A DNA stretch of 64,000 nt from Candidatus Kapaibacterium sp. (GTDB lineage Bacteria; Bacteroidota; Ignavibacteria; Kapaibacteriales; Kapaibacteriaceae), in contig VERF01000005.1 in assembly GCA_018882895.1 (NCBI GenBank), positions 3,378 to 67,377 of the forward strand. The letters run 5' to 3'. Shown in pieces: positions 56,130 through 64,000 of the stretch. A program made the translations under genes and the position numbers. Position 1 is the stretch's first letter; each line of letters begins with the position of its first letter. The notes under the pieces were generated by a model. The model did not search any database. It had not been told where the DNA came from and saw only the letters and a program-made list of their open reading frames with translations.

Positions 56130-57656
56130 ATGTCGAACCACCAACGCAATGAGCAGGAGCTCATCCGCATCGAAAAGCTGCGCGAGCTCCGTGAGCTTGG
56201 TATCAATCCGTATCCCGAGTCATTCGATAAGACGCACACGACCACGCAGATCCTCGAGAGCTTTGTTGACGAGGCTCCCGAGCCCCTTGCCAATGTGCGT
56301 GTTGCCGGACGTATCATGTCGATGCGAAAGATGGGCAAGGCCTCGTTCTGTCATATTCAGGACATGCACGGGCGCATCCAGATCTACATGAAGCAGGATG
56401 AGCTTGGTGCGATGTACGAGAACCTTCGTCTGTTCGACCTGGGCGACATCATCGGAATCGATGGATTCGTGTTCCGCACGCGCATGGGTGAGATCAGCGT
56501 GCATGCCAAGAGCGTAACGATGCTTACCAAGAGCATCACGCCCATTCCGGTGGGTAAGGAAGAAGTACACGAGGATGGTTCGGTGACGCGCTATGATGCC
56601 ATCGCCGACAAGGAGCAGCGTTACCGCAAGCGCTACCTGGATCTGATCGCCAATCACGACATCAAAGACACGTTCATCAAGCGGTCACTCATCATCCGAG
56701 CAATGCGCCGATTCTTCGATGACCGTGGCTATCTCGAAGTGGAAACGCCGATTCTGCAGCCCATCTACGGCGGAGCCACGGCGCGTCCGTTCGTGACGCA
56801 TCACAATGCGCTGGACATACCGCTCTATCTGCGCATTGCCGATGAGCTGTATCTGAAGCGCCTCATTGTAGGGGGCTTCGAAGGCGTGTATGAGATCTCG
56901 AAGAACTTCCGCAACGAGGGGATGGACAAGACCCATAATCCCGAGTTCACGGCCATGGAGATCTATGTGGCCTACAAGGACTATGAGTGGATGATGGATA
57001 TGACCGAGGAGCTGCTGCATACGATCGTCAGCGAAGCATGCGGCGGCAGCGACATCGTGTTCCAGGGTACGGCGCTGTCGTTTGCCCGTCCGTTCCGTCG
57101 CGCCAAGATGTTCGATCTGTTCCGCGAGCATACCGGCGAGGATCTGCGCGGCCTTTCGCGCGAGGACCTGCTGGCAGCTGCCAAGAGGGTGCACGTCGAC
57201 GTCGACCCCAAGGCCAGCGCCATGAAGATTCTCGACGAGATCTTCAGCGTCAAGGTTCAGCCCCATCTCATCCAGCCAACCTTCGTCATCGACTACCCTG
57301 TTGAAATGTCACCCCTTGCCAAGCAGCACCGCACTGAGAAGGGGCTTGTGGAGCGCTTCGAGCTTTTCATCATGGGCAAGGAAGTAGCCAATGCTTTCTC
57401 TGAGCTCAATGATCCGATCGATCAGCGTGAGCGACTCGAGGACCAGGCAGCCATTCGGGCGGCGGGGGATGACGAGGCCATGGTGGTTGACGAGGACTTC
57501 CTCAATGCCATCGAGGTGGGACTGCCGCCAACGGCGGGCATGGGTATGGGCATCGATCGTCTGGTGATGCTTCTTACGGACAATGACTCGATCCGTGATG
57601 TGCTGTTCTTCCCGCAGATGAGGCCCGAGAAGGCCGCCTCTGCCGAGCAGGAGTAA
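56130..57656 (+). CDS. lysS: lysine--tRNA ligase (class II)
   Basis: 508 aa. OB-fold N-domain, class II motifs ([26 protein letters not shown]). Confidence 0.95.
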   Translation: MSNHQRNEQELIRIEKLRELRELGINPYPESFDKTHTTTQILESFVDEAPEPLANVRVAGRIMSMRKMGKASFCHIQDMHGRIQIYMKQDELGAMYENLRLFDLGDIIGIDGFVFRTRMGEISVHAKSVTMLTKSITPIPVGKEEVHEDGSVTRYDAIADKEQRYRKRYLDLIANHDIKDTFIKRSLIIRAMRRFFDDRGYLEVETPILQPIYGGATARPFVTHHNALDIPLYLRIADELYLKRLIVGGFEGVYEISKNFRNEGMDKTHNPEFTAMEIYVAYKDYEWMMDMTEELLHTIVSEACGGSDIVFQGTALSFARPFRRAKMFDLFREHTGEDLRGLSREDLLAAAKRVHVDVDPKASAMKILDEIFSVKVQPHLIQPTFVIDYPVEMSPLAKQHRTEKGLVERFELFIMGKEVANAFSELNDPIDQRERLEDQAAIRAAGDDEAMVVDEDFLNAIEVGLPPTAGMGMGIDRLVMLLTDNDSIRDVLFFPQMRPEKAASAEQE

Positions 57657-57661
57657 TCGCT

Positions 57662-58741
57662 GTGGGATATCAGCGCTTCCAGGAATGGTCAGGCCAGCCC
57701 CCTGCCCGACATTGGCAGCCGCCAACGGTCAAGGAGATCCTCGTCCACATCGGGCTTATCCTCCTGACGTTGGTCACCTGCACCATGGCCGGCACGCAGT
57801 GGGCCATGCTCAGCCCACTCGAGATCGATAACTGGGGTCACGGACTTTCCTACGCCGTGCTTGCCATGTCGTTTCTTCTGGCGCACGAGTACGGTCACTA
57901 CATCGCCGCCATGCGTCACGGCATCAGCTCGTCTTTGCCGTATCTGATCCCGGTTCCGCCCACGCTCATGCCGTTCGGGACCTTTGGTGCGGTGATCCGC
58001 ACGCGCTCTCCGATGATGACGCGCAACGAGCTCTTCGACGTTGGCGTAGCGGGTCCATTGGCAGGCTTTGCCGCCTGCCTGGTGATCCTTGTAACGGGGT
58101 TTATGACCTTGCCGCCTGAGAGTTATCTGCTGACGATTCATCCCGAGTATGCCGTCACAGGCATACCCAGCGGAGGGATGACATTTGACAATACGCTCCT
58201 GTTTGAGCTTCTGCGTTGGATCTTTTCCGACGTGGCCTTTGTACCGCCGATGAACGAGATCTATCACTACCCGTTCTTGTGCGTGGGATGGTTTGGTCTG
58301 TTCGTAACCTCTCTGAACATGCTGCCATTTGGTCAACTCGATGGAGGACACGTGCTCTATGCACTCATCGGGAAGCGTCAGCACTCCATTGCCCGCTTCC
58401 TGTGGTGGAGCATGTTCGCCCTTGCCGTATTGTGGCTCATCGGCCTTATCCATACCACGCTTGAGTCCGTCACCGAGGCGAATGCGTCGGCCTGGTTGTT
58501 GTGGATGAAGCAGTCGGTCGACCCGTCGATCGGCTCTGCCATGCAGCAGTTCCCGTGGCTGTTCCAGCTTGGAGACGTGTGGGTGTTCTGGCTGATCATG
58601 ATCCGCTTTGTGATCAAGATCGACCATCCGGATGTGCCGTCGGATGAGCCCCTTAGCAGGGGGCGTCGCATTCTTGGGTGGACCTCGCTGGTGGTGCTTC
58701 TGCTGTGCTTTGCTCCACGTGCCGTGTACATGGCGCCATGA
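57662..58741 (+). CDS. site-2 protease family (peptidase M50) membrane metalloprotease
   Basis: GTG start. HEYGHYIAAMRHG (HExxH) within a TM segment, LNMLPFGQLDGGHV second motif, polytopic. Confidence 0.85.
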   Translation: MGYQRFQEWSGQPPARHWQPPTVKEILVHIGLILLTLVTCTMAGTQWAMLSPLEIDNWGHGLSYAVLAMSFLLAHEYGHYIAAMRHGISSSLPYLIPVPPTLMPFGTFGAVIRTRSPMMTRNELFDVGVAGPLAGFAACLVILVTGFMTLPPESYLLTIHPEYAVTGIPSGGMTFDNTLLFELLRWIFSDVAFVPPMNEIYHYPFLCVGWFGLFVTSLNMLPFGQLDGGHVLYALIGKRQHSIARFLWWSMFALAVLWLIGLIHTTLESVTEANASAWLLWMKQSVDPSIGSAMQQFPWLFQLGDVWVFWLIMIRFVIKIDHPDVPSDEPLSRGRRILGWTSLVVLLLCFAPRAVYMAP

Positions 58742-60399
58742 CAGAGCGGCAGCATAGCGTTGTGGCTGCGATCCTCGTGATCATGGGCCTGTACATCATG
58801 CGCATTGCGGCGGTTGAGATCCAGCCCTTTGGCGAGGGAGAGATCGCCATGCGCGCAGAGGCGATCGTTCAGAGTCGACAGTGGATGGACCCGTCGGAGC
58901 ACACCGTCGGTGGCCTGTCATCGACGGCCACGCCGCCCCTTGCCTCATGGATGTCTGCCGCAGGCATCATGCTTCTGGGGCCTACCGAGATCGGTGTGCG
59001 ACTGTTTTCGCTTCTGTCCATGGCGGGCATTCTTGCACTTACCTATCTGATCGCGCTCAAGGCCATGGCACATCGGAACGCGATGATCGCCATGTCGATC
59101 GTTGGCCTCAGCATGCCGATGATCACTCTTGGACGTCAGATGACGCCGGTGGTGATCACGACATTCATGCTGTTGCTCTCGTGGTGGAGTACGCTAAAGA
59201 TCCGCTCTTCTGCCGACAGACGGTCGCAGTATATCGGTGCCGCTCTGTATGGTCTGGCCCTTGCCGGCGCCCTGCTGAGTTCGACGCTGTTGGCACTTGT
59301 TGCGCTTGGACTTCTGATTCCTGTGATCATTCGCAGAGCGACCCTGTTACCCGGCGTGATTGGGCTGGTGCTCGGTCTGGCGCTCTCAATCCCATGGTAT
59401 GCGGTGATGATATCGGGTCACGGCACCGACTTCATCCTTGCCCGGTCGGTTGCCGACTTGGCCATGCAGGGAGTGTCAGGGGGCTCTGGGCGCGGCCCGC
59501 TGGACGTGCTGATGATGCTTGTTCTGGCAAGCCCCCTGCTTGTATCGTCGCTGGTATGGGTGATGGTGAGTCTTCGCTACCGCGAGATGCTTCCCACTGG
59601 CGGTGATGTTGTGATGATGAGTGCCGGACTCTGGTTCATTGTCATAACGATGTTCTCGGCTCTCGGAAGTCAGCCCGTTGCCGTGGCACTTGTTCCGATC
59701 ATCCCTGCGGCAGCGATCGTGAGTCTTGCTGCACTGCAGGGGGCAATGCAGCGCAGCAGTGCGGGAGTGCTCCTGGTGCATCTCGGATGTATCGCGCTGG
59801 CATCTCTAGCTGCTCTGCTGCACAGTCTGCGCCCCCTGGGTGGTCCGAGTGTGCTTACCTCGCTGCTCATCCTTGTGAGCATTGCCGTTATCGTGCTGGT
59901 CTTCTTCTTTGCATCGCGCCAACGTCAGCGTCTTGCCGTTCTGGCAACACGGCCTACCATATACGGTGCTGTGGCCGTCACGGCCGTGTTGGCGGCTATG
60001 ACCATTCTTCTGGGGAATCCCGGCACGGTGGTGGGTGGACGCAAGGTTTCGCTCCGACTTCTGGAGGACACCACTTATGCGCGGCGATTTGTCTACCTCC
60101 ATCATGGCATTGTGACCGGCCCCAGCGTTAACTCGCAGCTAGCGTGGTACACGCGCGGCTGGATGTCACACCGCAAGCCACGGTTCGAGTTCACGCCCCT
60201 TTCCATGCCCACCGGAGTCATCGACCCATCAGTTGTGCGTGCCGGCATCGGCGCTCCGTGGATCGTGTACTTTCATCCCGGCATAGCCAAGGATATCAGC
60301 TCCGAGATCTTCGAACTTCTCGATAATGACTACACCGTTGCCGAAGACACCAAGGACTACGTGCTGTTCGAGCGACGGTTGAGGATACGGGACATGTAG
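58738..60399 (+). CDS. polytopic glycosyltransferase, ArnT/PMT (GT39/GT83)-like
   Basis: Track ORF 58678..60399. ATG 58738 overlaps the M50 stop (ATGA). About 11 TM helices followed by a ~130 aa soluble C-domain. The family call rests on architecture only. Confidence 0.55.
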   Translation: MTERQHSVVAAILVIMGLYIMRIAAVEIQPFGEGEIAMRAEAIVQSRQWMDPSEHTVGGLSSTATPPLASWMSAAGIMLLGPTEIGVRLFSLLSMAGILALTYLIALKAMAHRNAMIAMSIVGLSMPMITLGRQMTPVVITTFMLLLSWWSTLKIRSSADRRSQYIGAALYGLALAGALLSSTLLALVALGLLIPVIIRRATLLPGVIGLVLGLALSIPWYAVMISGHGTDFILARSVADLAMQGVSGGSGRGPLDVLMMLVLASPLLVSSLVWVMVSLRYREMLPTGGDVVMMSAGLWFIVITMFSALGSQPVAVALVPIIPAAAIVSLAALQGAMQRSSAGVLLVHLGCIALASLAALLHSLRPLGGPSVLTSLLILVSIAVIVLVFFFASRQRQRLAVLATRPTIYGAVAVTAVLAAMTILLGNPGTVVGGRKVSLRLLEDTTYARRFVYLHHGIVTGPSVNSQLAWYTRGWMSHRKPRFEFTPLSMPTGVIDPSVVRAGIGAPWIVYFHPGIAKDISSEIFELLDNDYTVAEDTKDYVLFERRLRIRDM

Positions 60400-60438
60400 G
60401 GGCGAGACGCGTCATCCCCGCGAAAGCGGGGATCCATG
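60394..60438. repeat. composite REP-like element: ATGTAGGGGCGAGACGC + hairpin ATCCCCGC-GAAA-GCGGGGAT + CCATG
   Basis: ATGTAGGGGCGAGAC recurs at 62752 and 62805. The hairpin at 60414..60433 is a covarying copy of 47253..47272. The element's TAG (60397..60399) is the stop codon of the upstream gene. Confidence 0.9.
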
Positions 60439-60500
60439 TGAATCCTTTTTCTGTTTTGTGTCTCTCTTGGTATGTGCGCACCTAAGCGCAAACAGTAACA

Positions 60501-60508
60501 TACCTTTG
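60501..60508 (+). promoter_or_regulatory. candidate -7 promoter element TACCTTTG, 12 nt before ATG 60521
   Basis: Exact TAnnTTTG match. It overlaps a GGGAGGAG Shine-Dalgarno-like run, so the two interpretations compete. Confidence 0.3.
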
Positions 60509-60520
60509 GGAGGAGTGAAC

Positions 60521-61234
60521 ATGATACGGTTCATCTTTGCGATCACCGCACTTTTGGGTGCATCGCTCATTGTCGGGGCGACCACATTGGGGACGGCACT
60601 ATCTGCCCTGGAAGTGGCGGAAGTTCATGACTGGGGCACGATGCGACCACCAAAGAGCGGCTATTTGGAGACGGACCTGAAGATCCGTAACCGCGCTGCT
60701 GAGGGCGAGCTTTCGATCCTTGAAGTTAAACCCGGTTGTGGCTGCACCACGGCAGAACCGGTTCGACGTTTACTGGGTCCCGGTGAGGAAACAACGGTAC
60801 ACGTTAAGCTGAACATTTCACCGACCCAGAACGGGCTACTGCAAAGAAACGTGACGTTCCGCAGTGTACATGGTTCTGATACAACAACGCAGACGATGTG
60901 GCTGAAGGTTGATGTAGCGAGACTGGTTACGGTTGGGCCATCAGGTTTTGTTGCGATCAATGGCGCCAAGGTTGGAGTTGTCAGTGAGGCGGTGGTGACG
61001 ATCATGAACCCCGGTGACGCACCTGTTACGATTGACAACGTCAAACCCGAGGAGGGCTTGCTCGTAGACCTTCCCAACGATGTTGTTCTTGGTCCAAAGG
61101 AATCACGTCAGCTGCTGCTGAAGTACACTCCCGTAAAGTCAGGTACATTCCAGTCCAACGTGAGATTCACCGCCCGCGTGAAGGATGAGTCTGACGAGAT
61201 CCAGATCCCTGCGTACGGGACCACGATCAACTGA
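60521..61234 (+). CDS. DUF1573 domain protein (two Ig-like domains), secreted
   Basis: Track ORF 60458..61234. ATG 60521 gives signal peptide MIRFIFAITALLGASLIVGA. VKPGCGCTTAEP motif. Paralogous to 38523..39323 (HVKLNISPTQNG). Confidence 0.8.
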   Translation: MIRFIFAITALLGASLIVGATTLGTALSALEVAEVHDWGTMRPPKSGYLETDLKIRNRAAEGELSILEVKPGCGCTTAEPVRRLLGPGEETTVHVKLNISPTQNGLLQRNVTFRSVHGSDTTTQTMWLKVDVARLVTVGPSGFVAINGAKVGVVSEAVVTIMNPGDAPVTIDNVKPEEGLLVDLPNDVVLGPKESRQLLLKYTPVKSGTFQSNVRFTARVKDESDEIQIPAYGTTIN

Positions 61235-61251
61235 TGCCAACGCACAAATAA

Positions 61252-61758
61252 ATGAGTAACAGTCTCCGCAACGATCCGGCATTTCTCGAAGCCCTGGCGT
61301 TACACCACGACGACCTTGTTCGCTTCGCTCGGTCGCTCACGCGGTCACGCGATGATGCTCAGGACCTCGTTGCGGAGACTATTCTGAAGGCTCTTGAATC
61401 ATGGCATACGGTCCGTGATACAGGAGCCTTCCGTGTATACGTGTTTCGCATCGCGCACCGTTTGTACATGAGACAGCAGTTGAGACGACGTCTCTTCCAT
61501 CCATGGCCGGAGGACTATGACACAACTTCGAGCGACCCGCTGCCGGATGTCATGACCGATGCCACGCTCATCCGTGAAGCCATGCAGAAGCTGCCGGCGC
61601 GACATCGCGAGTGTCTTATCATGGTCGATCTTCTCGGCTGGAGCCTTGCTGAGGTTGTCGAAGTTCACGGAGGTACGATAGGGGGCTTAAAGGCCCGCCT
61701 ATTTCGAGCGAGAGAAGCACTGAAGAATGCCATCACCGGAGGTCACGATGATCACTGA
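61252..61758 (+). CDS. ECF-type RNA polymerase sigma-70 factor
   Basis: 168 aa. Region 2 (DAQDLVAETILKA...FRVYVFRIAHRLY) and region 4 (LPARHRECLIMVDLLGWSLAEVVEVHGGTIGGLKARLFRAREAL). Confidence 0.9.
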   Translation: MSNSLRNDPAFLEALALHHDDLVRFARSLTRSRDDAQDLVAETILKALESWHTVRDTGAFRVYVFRIAHRLYMRQQLRRRLFHPWPEDYDTTSSDPLPDVMTDATLIREAMQKLPARHRECLIMVDLLGWSLAEVVEVHGGTIGGLKARLFRAREALKNAITGGHDDH

Positions 61759-62752
61759 CAACGAAGATCTTTTTTCTGATCTGCGTCTGCTGCCGGTCGA
61801 CATAACACTCGAGCAGTCTCTTGCGCGTGCCGAGGCTATTGATGCGCGCCGACGTCGTGTTCGCCGTATCGCCATCGTTATCGGCATTCTCGTCGTGACG
61901 GGTTCAGCACTGCTGACCTATCTGCTTAACGACGATTCAACGGTGACCTCGGTAGAGCATCCCCCAAAGCCGGAGACTGTTGATCAATATCACAGGAATG
62001 TACTTGATCCCGGTCCTTCAGCATCTCTGCCGACGGAATTGGCGGTACCGGCTTCATCTTCCGCAGATCCGGTGCTCACGCCACGACCGCAAGCAAGGTC
62101 GATGGCCTCCTTCCTCGCAATTGTCACGGCAGACGATGCGATTCGAAACGAGCTGGCAATTGATGTGCGTTCTATCGAGACAATTCGTACGATCATCAGT
62201 CCGGGCGATCGAGTGGTGGCCGTCGACAATCTTGGAAAGCGAGAGACCTGTATCAACGTCACCTGCGCCGGAGGTGATATGCGGAACATTGTTTGTACAG
62301 CGCCGATACCATCACCGGTGCGGATAACACTTCCCAGTGGCGGCGTTCTTTATGACATAGATCGCCTTGGATTGCCACAGGATCGGGGCCCCTACGTGGC
62401 CGTGCGCACCAGCGGCTCGAGGGGCGACCTGATCCTTTGGTACCAGGTCGACAAAGTTCTTGAACGTATCCTGCCTGAGGCCTCAAAGGAGTCTTCTGCA
62501 CAGCAGACCCTCCATTCGTGGCTGCAACCTGATAGCACAACCGTGATCGAGGTCCCAACAGGAAAGCGCCCATGGCGTTCCGTAACCGTCCATGCTCCGG
62601 ATGGCTCTGCTTTATCCATCCCCGTTCAATGGGTGGACCACAGCAACGGTAGTACCCACGTGCACCTCAAGATGAGCAGTCCGGCAACTCACGAGATCCG
62701 CATCTGCCGCGCTAATGGCACTACAGAACGGTTCCTGCACGTGGTCAGATGA
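61748..62752 (+). CDS. putative anti-sigma factor (single-pass membrane protein with novel periplasmic domain)
   Basis: Overlaps the sigma gene (ATG 61748 or 61727). Short cytoplasmic N-terminus, TM helix IAIVIGILVVTGSALLTYLL, and a ~260 aa extracytoplasmic domain I do not recognise. Confidence 0.55.
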   Translation: MITDNEDLFSDLRLLPVDITLEQSLARAEAIDARRRRVRRIAIVIGILVVTGSALLTYLLNDDSTVTSVEHPPKPETVDQYHRNVLDPGPSASLPTELAVPASSSADPVLTPRPQARSMASFLAIVTADDAIRNELAIDVRSIETIRTIISPGDRVVAVDNLGKRETCINVTCAGGDMRNIVCTAPIPSPVRITLPSGGVLYDIDRLGLPQDRGPYVAVRTSGSRGDLILWYQVDKVLERILPEASKESSAQQTLHSWLQPDSTTVIEVPTGKRPWRSVTVHAPDGSALSIPVQWVDHSNGSTHVHLKMSSPATHEIRICRANGTTERFLHVVR

Positions 62753-62905
62753 TGTAGGGGGCGAGAGACGAGAGACGAGAGACAAGAGACGACAGGCGAG
62801 AGACATGTAGGGGCGAGACGCAGTCTCGCCCGTTAACACCCGTCATCCCCGCGAAAGAGAGACGAGAGACAAGAGACAAGAGACGAAAGACAAGAGACGA
62901 GAGAC
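62752..62905. repeat. composite element: ATGTAGGGGGCGAGAGAC + (GAGAGAC-type heptamer) x6, ATGTAGGGGCGAGAC hairpin, truncated GNRA hairpin, (RARAGAC heptamer) x7
   Basis: Heptamer units at 62763..62804 and 62857..62905. Hairpin GGGCGAGAC-GCA-GTCTCGCCC at 62811..62831. TCATCCCCGCGAAAG (62843..62857) is the 5' half of the 60411 hairpin, with its 3' arm replaced by the heptamer array. Confidence 0.9.
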
Positions 62906-63027
62906 ATAAGAACCTATGGATGCCATGCTGAATCGCGATCAAGGTTAGCCCTGGGCCTCAGTCATGGCAAAGAAGGGTTAGGACATCATCATGTAGAGGA
63001 ATGTAGATGTGGCTTGCATTTCTCTTA

Positions 63028-63047
63028 CCCAGGGCTGAAGCCCTGGG
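63028..63047. repeat. hairpin CCCAGGGC-TGAA-GCCCTGGG
   Basis: Perfect 8-bp stem. A half copy AGCCCTGGG lies at 62948..62956. Confidence 0.8.
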
Positions 63048-63075
63048 CAGTTATGCGAAAACCTTTAGTGTAGAT

Positions 63076-63152
63076 GTAACCTGTAACCTGTAACCTGTAA
63101 CCTGTAACCTGTAACCTGTAACCTGTAACCTGTAACCTGTAACCTGTAACCT
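63076..63152. repeat. heptamer tandem repeat (GTAACCT) x11, perfect
   Basis: Eleven identical units. The final T (63152) is the first base of the complement of the ABC gene's stop codon (63152..63154). Confidence 0.97.
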
Positions 63153-64000
63153 CATTGCATCTCATACAGCCGATGATACACGCCGCGCTGGGCGAGCAGT
63201 TCGGCATGGGTGCCGTGTTCGACGATTTGGCCGTCATCGAAGACGAGGATACGATCGGCGTTGACGATAGTGGAGAGGCGATGGGCGACGATGATGGCGG
63301 TGCGGCCAACCAGGGCGTCATCGATAGCCCCCTGAACAAGGCGCTCGGACTCAGTGTCGAGGGCGGATGTTGCCTCATCGAAGAGCAGGATCTGTGGCTG
63401 TCGGTAGAGGGCGCGGGCGATGGCGATGCGCTGACGTTGTCCACCGGAGAGGCGCATGCCACGGTCGCCGATAACGGTCTCATAGCCGTCCGGTGTTTCG
63501 CGAATGAATCCATCGGCATGGGCGATACGTGCCGCCGCCTCCACACGTTGCGCGTTGGGTGACTCGTCGCCCAGCGCAATGTTGCGTACGATGGTATCGT
63601 TGAACAGCAGCGTCTCCTGCGACACCACACCGAACAGGCGGCGGTAGGCGCCGAGATCGAACGTGCGCACGTCACTCCCGTTGATGCGCACCGCGCCCGA
63701 GGCAGGGTCGTAGAAACGCATGATCATATCCAGCATGGTCGACTTGCCGCTTCCCGATGCCCCCACAAGAGCAACCTTTTCGCCGGGATGGATCGTGAAG
63801 GACACGTTCCGCAGGACGTGACGTTCTCCGTAGGAGAAGCTGACGTTGGAAGCCTCCAGCACCGGCATTTGCTCAGGGGGCGATGCCGCTCCTGTGTTGA
63901 TCGACGGAGATGTGCCCAGCGCAGCGGCGACATTTGCGCCGGCGGCAATTCCGCGCTGCATTGCGGCGATGGTGTTGACGATGGCGCTGATCGGCTGCAT
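63152..64000 (-). CDS. ABC exporter (MsbA/ABCB-type), C-terminal nucleotide-binding domain; the N-terminal part lies beyond the right edge
   Basis: Walker A GASGSGKST, LSGGQRQRIAIARAL, Walker B ILLFDEATSALD, H-loop IIVAHRLST. The ORF is open to the window edge. Confidence 0.9.
   Translation of the reverse strand: MQPISAIVNTIAAMQRGIAAGANVAAALGTSPSINTGAASPPEQMPVLEASNVSFSYGERHVLRNVSFTIHPGEKVALVGASGSGKSTMLDMIMRFYDPASGAVRINGSDVRTFDLGAYRRLFGVVSQETLLFNDTIVRNIALGDESPNAQRVEAAARIAHADGFIRETPDGYETVIGDRGMRLSGGQRQRIAIARALYRQPQILLFDEATSALDTESERLVQGAIDDALVGRTAIIVAHRLSTIVNADRILVFDDGQIVEHGTHAELLAQRGVYHRLYEMQ

Noticed and set aside
60296-60481. Track ORF (-) containing WIPAFAGMTRLAPT
   Set aside because: It is simply the translation of the REP-like hairpin element between two + strand genes.
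62612-62942. Track ORFs translating the heptamer arrays (peptides LLSLVSRLS...), and the VTGYRLQ repeats at the start of 63025..63675
   Set aside because: These are periodic translations of 7-nt tandem repeats in intergenic DNA or antisense to the ABC gene. They are not coding.
1-64000. Mobile elements, prophage, defence islands, toxin-antitoxin pairs, reverse transcriptases, tRNA/rRNA genes
   Set aside because: No integrase, transposase, Cas, RT or nuclease-type ORFs were recognised. Intergenic regions are too short and show no tRNA-like T-loop or acceptor features. No abrupt compositional island was seen by eye.

Overview
About 60% GC, very gene-dense chromosomal segment. There are about 57 CDS and no rRNA, tRNA, CRISPR, transposase, integrase or phage genes. 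The gene content points to a bacterium of the Fibrobacteres-Chlorobi-Bacteroidetes (FCB) superphylum, Bacteroidota/Ignavibacteriota/Kapabacteria-like: five proteins end in type-A T9SS C-terminal sorting domains, the succinate dehydrogenase is the Bacteroidetes-type sdhCAB, DUF1573 proteins are present, and the Bacteroidetes -7 promoter motif TAnnTTTG recurs in intergenic DNA. Housekeeping content: prfC, mltG, sdhCAB, pdxJ, a long suf operon (sufBCDSE, DUF59, a split PaaE-like reductase plus ferredoxin, Rrf2, iscA-type carrier) followed by sod, pth, nuoMN, gpmA, mce, panD, kynU, rlmB-like and lysS. Envelope and accessory content: three giant SBBP beta-propeller/Ig-like surface proteins (two are tandem paralogues), two cohesin-like T9SS cargo genes each followed by a paralogous small beta-barrel OMP with a vicinal-Cys motif, two DUF1573 paralogues, two TonB-dependent-type OMPs, a secreted TldD/PmbA pair, an HExxH T9SS protease operon, and an ECF sigma/anti-sigma pair. 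Best candidates for something undescribed: (1) an unlinked, overlapping GldL/GldM-like motor gene pair (7891..10138). Its transmembrane coupling residues look conserved, but its GldM-like partner is all-beta and no gldK/gldN is adjacent. (2) The repeated 'cohesin-like T9SS cargo + CC-motif barrel' cassette. (3) A PaaD/PaaE-like electron-transfer module inside the suf operon, split by a single in-frame TAA. (4) Intergenic DNA between convergent genes built entirely from heptamer/octamer tandem repeats and GNRA-loop hairpins that also contain the flanking genes' stop codons. All functional calls rest on my reading of the translated ORFs and on remembered family motifs. No searches were run.
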